Shown in pieces: positions 38,311-42,995 of a DNA stretch of 42,995 nucleotides. Every line of letters begins with the position of its first letter. The first letter of the stretch is position 1. The position numbers and the translations under genes are program-made. Source of the DNA: a virus (taxonomy: Duplodnaviria > Heunggongvirae > Uroviricota > Caudoviricetes). The notes beneath the pieces were generated by a model. That model worked only from the letters and a program-made list of their open reading frames with translations, had not been told where the DNA came from and did not search any database. The stretch lies in IMG/VR virus record IMGVR_UViG_3300029705_000072; one strand, given 5' to 3'.

Positions 38311-39521
38311 TACTCGTTTGTTCCTCCTTGTTTCATTTCTTCGATCCAGTTCAGCAGCAGGGTTCTCATGCGCTTACTGGGTATGTAGATGTTAATTGGT
38401 TTCTCGTCTCGAATGGCACTTCGCCAGATCCACTGGAGCATTTCGCCCAGGGCGAACTTATCCGGATCTATCTTAATTCCTCTGGCTCCAAAGAACTTGG
38501 TGAGGTTTGGGTCTGCGAACCGATTAGCCATATAGGCAAGATCTCTTTTGTCCCGAAATTCATTAGTTGCGCGACTGGCGATTTGTAAAAAGTTTTGCCG
38601 GTATCTTCCGCTTTCATAAAGAAGCTTGTCACGGTGGTCGATGAAGCACGTCCACATTCTGGAGTTGGAAGTAGATTCAGTAAGACGGTGGAAGTAGTTA
38701 TCGAGATTGCTTCGCAACTTTTTAATATCCGAATGATTCTTACCGCGTCTTAAGTACCATGCCTTTGAAAGAGCTGTTCGACTGTCACCAATTGAATTCA
38801 TGTTCTTGCTATCGAGAATATTGATCAGCTTGCTGTAGTCGATCGGTGGCGGGCAATCTGGTTTGTCCGAGAACTTATATCCCTTTTCGTCCGTTTCAAT
38901 TCCAACGATACGGTAGTCGAATCCGAAGTACTCAAGGTACCCCTTTTGGTACTGACCGTCAAAGAGGTAAGTTAGCATAAACACATCCTCAAACGATCTT
39001 ATGATCGCCGGATTGAGTACTTGCAGCAGAGCGCTATCTCTTATATAAAGGCTACCAGTCATGGCAATATCACGATAGGTCGCCAGAGCACCAAAGAACT
39101 CTGGGTCGTCCCAGGTTACGCGTCCTTCTTCGTCAAGTGTGGCAAACTCATTCTGTACGACTTCCACCTCTCTCTTACAAGCCTGGATCTTTCGGATGGC
39201 GCTAATAGACTCATCCAGTATTAATGTGTAGTTCTTCTTGCGGATAAGTTCGACCGCTTCTTCGTCAATCAGATTAAACAGTGAATGTGACGCAGCGATG
39301 TTTTGTCCGTACCGCAGGTAGAACTTTAGTTTGGATGACTTGCTGTAACTTTCGTCATCCGGCTGGTCGAAGTCGCAGTATTCGCAGATGCGATCCACCT
39401 CGGTGAGAAAGGGGGTAATGTAGAGAAACCGTTTCTCGCTCTTATGCTCATTCATGTACCGTATGGCCGCAGAGGACTTGCCGCGTCCCATGCGAGCATC
39501 TACTACGGTGATTTGATTCAT
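38310..39521 (-). CDS. SF2 (DEAD-like) helicase / P-loop NTPase
   Basis: Start moved to ATG 39521 (SD AAGGAGG); DARMGRGKS, LILDES, QWIWRSAIR. Confidence 0.75.
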   Translation of the reverse strand: MNQITVVDARMGRGKSSAAIRYMNEHKSEKRFLYITPFLTEVDRICEYCDFDQPDDESYSKSSKLKFYLRYGQNIAASHSLFNLIDEEAVELIRKKNYTLILDESISAIRKIQACKREVEVVQNEFATLDEEGRVTWDDPEFFGALATYRDIAMTGSLYIRDSALLQVLNPAIIRSFEDVFMLTYLFDGQYQKGYLEYFGFDYRIVGIETDEKGYKFSDKPDCPPPIDYSKLINILDSKNMNSIGDSRTALSKAWYLRRGKNHSDIKKLRSNLDNYFHRLTESTSNSRMWTCFIDHRDKLLYESGRYRQNFLQIASRATNEFRDKRDLAYMANRFADPNLTKFFGARGIKIDPDKFALGEMLQWIWRSAIRDEKPINIYIPSKRMRTLLLNWIEEMKQGGTNE

Positions 39522-39566
39522 ATATTTAATTCCTCCTTTCAAATGGAAACTAATGGTAAATTTAAG

Positions 39567-39835
39567 GTGGCATAATATGAAAAGTGGGTATTTTAGCCAC
39601 CAAAAATGGTTGAAAAGTGGGTTTTCGTAAAAATGCCACAAAATTTTTGCACGCTAAGGAGTCCAGTCTGTAACCTACAACATTTTCAGTCTTGCTATGA
39701 ACAGACTGTCTTACGAAAAAGAGGAAGAAGATTAAAGAAAAATATCTTGTTCTCTTTTATATAATAGAATTTCAAGCTGTGGCATTGAAATTTCAACGTT
39801 TCCCGGTGGGGTATGCCACAAAAGTACTGTGGCAT
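39567..39835. repeat. Cluster of ATGCCACA motifs (4 perfect, 1 partial) plus tgaaaagtgggt x2
   Basis: 39633-40, 39778-85(rc), 39813-20, 39828-35(rc), partial 39567-73; tgaaaagtgggt at 39578-89 and 39611-22. Confidence 0.85.
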
Positions 39836-39881
39836 TTTTGTTTTTATCGTCACCAAAAAGAGGAGTTAAACGAGCTGTATT

Positions 39882-39900
39882 TATTCAGTTGTCAAGGTAC
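39882..39900 (-). promoter_or_regulatory. boxA-like element GTACCTTGACAACTGAATA
   Basis: 18/19 identical to 41321-41339 on the opposite strand; no -10 box at sigma-A spacing; function inferred. Confidence 0.55.
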
Positions 39901-39914
39901 GAGAGGGTGAGGTC

Positions 39915-40742
39915 TTACTGCGCTACAACTGCTTCAGCCTCATATAAATTACTATCTAACAAGTAGTTACAAGTTGTACTACCAAGATTCAGTTTACGGT
40001 ACGCTTCATCAATTTCTTCACTGGTGATACCAATATAGTCAAGGGTTTGACCGGAAGATGAATGACCAAATATCTTTTGCAGCAACAGAAGCTTTCGAGG
40101 ATCGTTACCACTCATTACCATCTGGTGATAACCGAAGGTTTTACGAAGAGTATGAGTAGATACTTTAGCACCGATACCTAACTCTTCGGCAATGCCTTTC
40201 AAGATACGATCGATAGAGTTACGATGAATCGGTTCGTTACCGGTGGCGTTAACACTTTCGGAACGGAACAGGTAATCATCAAGTCTCACACCAGGAGTAT
40301 TCTCCAGGTAAAGAGTAACTGCTTCGACTACAGCATTATTTATAGTAATGTAACGATTACGCTTTGTCTTTCTGGTGTTACTTGTTTTTTTCTCCAAAAT
40401 GGGGAAGGACTGCCGAAAGGCAAAATGTTCATTGATCAGCTGGGAGAAGCGAAGTGTTCTAAGGTCACTTACACGAAGACCGAAGTTGATTCCTACAATG
40501 AACAGCATATTGTCACGGTATCTCTTGTTGTCGATCAGGTATTTGGAGATGCGTAAAATATCTTCCATACTCTTGATCGGTTCAGCTTTGTGCTCAGTTA
40601 CTACATCGATATGAACTTCCGAAGCAGCAGGAGCTATGATACCGGATCTCAGTTTTCTGTTGTTTTCTTTTAGACTGGAGATGTCGATGGCGCCAGAAGC
40701 GGCTGTACGATTACTGAAGTCTACACGAATGACGTTTGTCAT
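39915..40742 (-). CDS. Tyrosine recombinase (catalytic-domain type)
   Basis: GINFGLRVSDL, EKKT, HTLRKTFGYH, FGHSS...TLDYIG; SD GGAGGTG. Confidence 0.92.
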   Translation of the reverse strand: MTNVIRVDFSNRTAASGAIDISSLKENNRKLRSGIIAPAASEVHIDVVTEHKAEPIKSMEDILRISKYLIDNKRYRDNMLFIVGINFGLRVSDLRTLRFSQLINEHFAFRQSFPILEKKTSNTRKTKRNRYITINNAVVEAVTLYLENTPGVRLDDYLFRSESVNATGNEPIHRNSIDRILKGIAEELGIGAKVSTHTLRKTFGYHQMVMSGNDPRKLLLLQKIFGHSSSGQTLDYIGITSEEIDEAYRKLNLGSTTCNYLLDSNLYEAEAVVAQ

Positions 40743-40781
40743 GTGAACACCTCCAATATTTAACTATCTTTCGTTGAGTAT

Positions 40782-40810
40782 AGTATATCAAATTAGGGTA
40801 TCCGTGTCAA
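40782..40810 (-). promoter_or_regulatory. Sigma-A promoter for the leftward arm
   Basis: TTGACA (40810-05), 17 bp, TATACT (40787-82). Confidence 0.85.
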
Positions 40811-41207
40811 GCGATTTTTAAAAATAAATTAAAAAATAGGGTACTGACAAAATACAACCAAAATAACACGTCTGACGCAAAGCTTTTAGCGCTGTTATCG
40901 AATATTTAAAACAAAATAAAGAGAAGCAAAAAATAAAAATCACCGGATCCGATGCTTGATGATGGGATTTCTGGTGATCTTTTTTACACGTGGAAAAAGC
41001 GTTGAAATTTGAACGAGTTTGAAAAAGGGGGAGGCTTGGGAGATGGAGTCACTACGGAGCAGTAAGACGGGATAAGGGTGGCCGCAGACCATAACCACCC
41101 CCATCTGTGTTGCATTCCGCAGAATTGCACACCAACGGAACGGCGAAAAGGTGGGCAAGATGGCGAAAAAAGTTCCGTGCGGCATGGCTTGAATTGAAAT
41201 CAGGGTA

Positions 41208-41236
41208 TTGACGGAACATGGCGGCTATGGTAGTGT
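41208..41236 (+). promoter_or_regulatory. Candidate sigma-A promoter for the rightward arm
   Basis: TTGACG, 17 bp, extended -10 TGgTAGTGT. Confidence 0.5.
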
Positions 41237-41320
41237 ATGAAGTGAGAAAAGGCCACTCACCCACCCACCCACCACAGCCGCTCACCACGGCAAGGGCAAG
41301 GCTCACAGCCACAGGCCACC

Positions 41321-41339
41321 GTACTTTGACAACTGAATA
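41321..41339 (+). promoter_or_regulatory. boxA-like element GTACTTTGACAACTGAATA
   Basis: Partner of 39882-39900; lies between candidate promoter and first gene. Confidence 0.55.
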
Positions 41340-41350
41340 CAGAAGTTAAA

Positions 41351-41389
41351 ACACAAGAAAAGCCCGTCAAGACACCACCATGACGGGCT
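41351..41389 (-). terminator. Hairpin in leader; terminator for antisense (minus) transcription
   Basis: agcccgtca-N11-tgacgggct preceded on + by an A-rich run. Confidence 0.55.
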
Positions 41390-41423
41390 AAGGTCCACGG
41401 ACCACCACAGAAAGGAAAAGACC

Positions 41424-42803
41424 ATGAACAACAACAGAGTAACACAGAACACTACCACCGTCAACCGCTTTGAAGAGGCAAAGGCCGCCTTTGAAAAGGC
41501 TTACAGCCGCTTTGTAAAGGATGGCACGGATTGCACGGCCGAATTGATGACACTTGCCGAAGCCGTGGCCCGTTCCGTTGTAAACAAGTGTATCGACCCA
41601 CAGCGCAAGACCGCCGCACAGCGCGACACCATCAGCAACAACGGACACAGCCCGGCTCTGGTGGCCATCCGCCGCGACATCCGCAATGACCTCGCCGCGC
41701 TCGAAACCGTGGCAAGACTTGCCGAAGAAGAGGCCGAAGCCGTAGCCGCAGACTCCGCCGCCGCCGCTGTACATAGAGGAGCCAAGAAAGCCCTTGCCAA
41801 GGCAAAGGAAGAAGCCGAAGCCGCCGCCAAAGCCGCCATTGATGGCAAGACGGACAAGGGCAAGACCGCCGCCCTAAAGCGCGCCAAAGCCGCCGAAGCC
41901 CTTGCCGCTAAGCGTGCCGCCGCCGCACACGCCGAAGCCGTACGCAAGACCGAAGCCATGACCAAGGCCATGCGAGAACGGCTTGGGGATGGTATCGACC
42001 TTGTAAACGAAGCCGCCGCCGCCCTGTGGGAATTGGCCGCGGAACACGCGGGCCGCAGAGGATGGCTCGACCGCGATTATCTTGTACGCGTACTTTCTCG
42101 CCGCGTGTTCGTCAGCATGGACACACAGCCCGAATGGAAAGAGCGCGAAACCTGTGCCATGACCGAAGCAACTCGCGCCGTTCGCAGACTCGTAAGCAAC
42201 ACCGCCGCCGTGCATACCGACCCGAAAAATTCCTACTCTTATATCGAAGACCTTGCCGACGATGAAGAGGGAAACGGGCTTGAAGTCATTTACAGAAGAC
42301 TCGGCAAATTCTCCGACCTTGGCGGCACGGATTCCAACGGGAATTATACCGCCGACGAAGCAAGCGCGCGTCTTGTCGATTCCGTTGTTGCTTCCATCGG
42401 TATGACCGCCACCGAAGCCCGCGCTTTGGCTCTCCGCCTTGCCGGGTGTGGCGTAGAAGAAACCGCCCGCCGCATGGGAGTTAATTCGCGAACTACCCGT
42501 TTCCATCTGCAGAACATCGGCCGCAAACTGGTAGCATGGGCAAAGGCCGGAGAAACCGCCGAAGCCGAAACTATCATTTCCGCACTCGAATCCGCACACC
42601 TTGACGAACTTGACACCGCCGAAGCGCAGGGCAAGGCTCGCCCCGTTGTTCAGTACACCATGGATGGGAAAGAAGTAGCCGCGTACGGCTCTGCCGCCGC
42701 CGCCGCTTTTGATACTGGAATCAACAAAGGCAGTATTTCCGCCGCCGCAAGCGGCAAGCGCGAAAGCGCGGGCGGCTTCCGTTGGAAGTACATGGAATTT
42801 TAG
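41424..42803 (+). CDS. Sigma-factor-like HTH protein with Ala/Lys/Glu-rich insert and C-terminal NUMOD1 domain
   Basis: SD GAAAGGA; TEARALALRLAGCGVEETARRMGVNSRTTRFHL (region-4/LuxR-type HTH); RPVVQYTMDG...ISAAASGKRESAGGFRWKY (NUMOD1). Confidence 0.65.
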   Translation: MNNNRVTQNTTTVNRFEEAKAAFEKAYSRFVKDGTDCTAELMTLAEAVARSVVNKCIDPQRKTAAQRDTISNNGHSPALVAIRRDIRNDLAALETVARLAEEEAEAVAADSAAAAVHRGAKKALAKAKEEAEAAAKAAIDGKTDKGKTAALKRAKAAEALAAKRAAAAHAEAVRKTEAMTKAMRERLGDGIDLVNEAAAALWELAAEHAGRRGWLDRDYLVRVLSRRVFVSMDTQPEWKERETCAMTEATRAVRRLVSNTAAVHTDPKNSYSYIEDLADDEEGNGLEVIYRRLGKFSDLGGTDSNGNYTADEASARLVDSVVASIGMTATEARALALRLAGCGVEETARRMGVNSRTTRFHLQNIGRKLVAWAKAGETAEAETIISALESAHLDELDTAEAQGKARPVVQYTMDGKEVAAYGSAAAAAFDTGINKGSISAAASGKRESAGGFRWKYMEF

Positions 42804-42810
42804 AACATCG

Positions 42811-42842
42811 AAAAACAGCCCTTTGCGGGGCTGTTTTTTTTA
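42811..42842 (+). terminator. Bidirectional intrinsic terminator
   Basis: aaaaacagccc-tttgcg-gggctgttttttttt. Confidence 0.9.
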
Positions 42843-42995
42843 TTGCCGTGTAAATTCTTGTCCGTGCCCGTTTCGTCGCTCTGCGGGGAGATTTTAGGGC
42901 TTTACGGACACCAAACACCGACCCACACGGGCAAGCACAGCCACACAGCAGGGCTTCCCCCCGGGTTGCACGGTACACGGTGGAAACACCGACCC

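Noticed and set aside
39522-39641. N-terminal extension of the helicase ORF (likewise 10391-10444, 22338-22385, 5368-5403)
   Set aside because: Upstream of strong SD-linked starts and overlapping regulatory repeats or hairpins
39891-41331. TTGACA at 39896-91 and 41326-31 as -35 promoter boxes
   Set aside because: No acceptable -10 at 16-18 bp in either; conservation extends on both sides of the hexamer
41388-42634. Several long minus-strand ORFs over the GC-rich gene
   Set aside because: Shadows caused by high GC and GCC repeats; the plus ORF has the SD, domains and terminator
39540-42995. CRISPR mini-array or anti-CRISPR repeat among the short repeats
   Set aside because: Repeats are 12 bp or shorter or are palindromic pairs, with no regular 30-40 bp spacer periodicity

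Overview
The whole window is phage DNA from a large SPbeta-like siphophage, probably of a Clostridia/Firmicutes host (strong GGAGG SD sites, sigma-A promoters, SPbeta-type gene order). No host genes are visible. Bases 1-40742 form one minus-strand arm. In transcription order it holds: tyrosine recombinase, SF2-like helicase, YonO-like single-chain RNA polymerase, Zn-finger protein, metallophosphoesterase, tRNA-Glu, a second tyrosine recombinase with an internal ochre stop, HU, TerS, TerL, portal, prohead protease, head decoration protein, major capsid, neck and tail genes, tape measure, Tal, Dit and fibres. Two group I introns are readable in the sequence. One (1018 nt, with a NUMOD4-HNH endonuclease) splits the RNAP catalytic motif D|KDGD. 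The other (386 nt, no ORF) splits the major capsid gene. From about 40980 a divergent plus-strand arm begins. It is GC-rich, lacks GATC/AGCT/GCWGC/CCWGG, and encodes a sigma-like HTH-NUMOD1 fusion. Regulatory signals include a 19-nt boxA-like element on the sense strand of both arms, many intra-operon terminator-like hairpins, and a 16-bp palindrome on each side of the recombinase gene and its promoter. All product calls come from motif and synteny recognition, not database searches.
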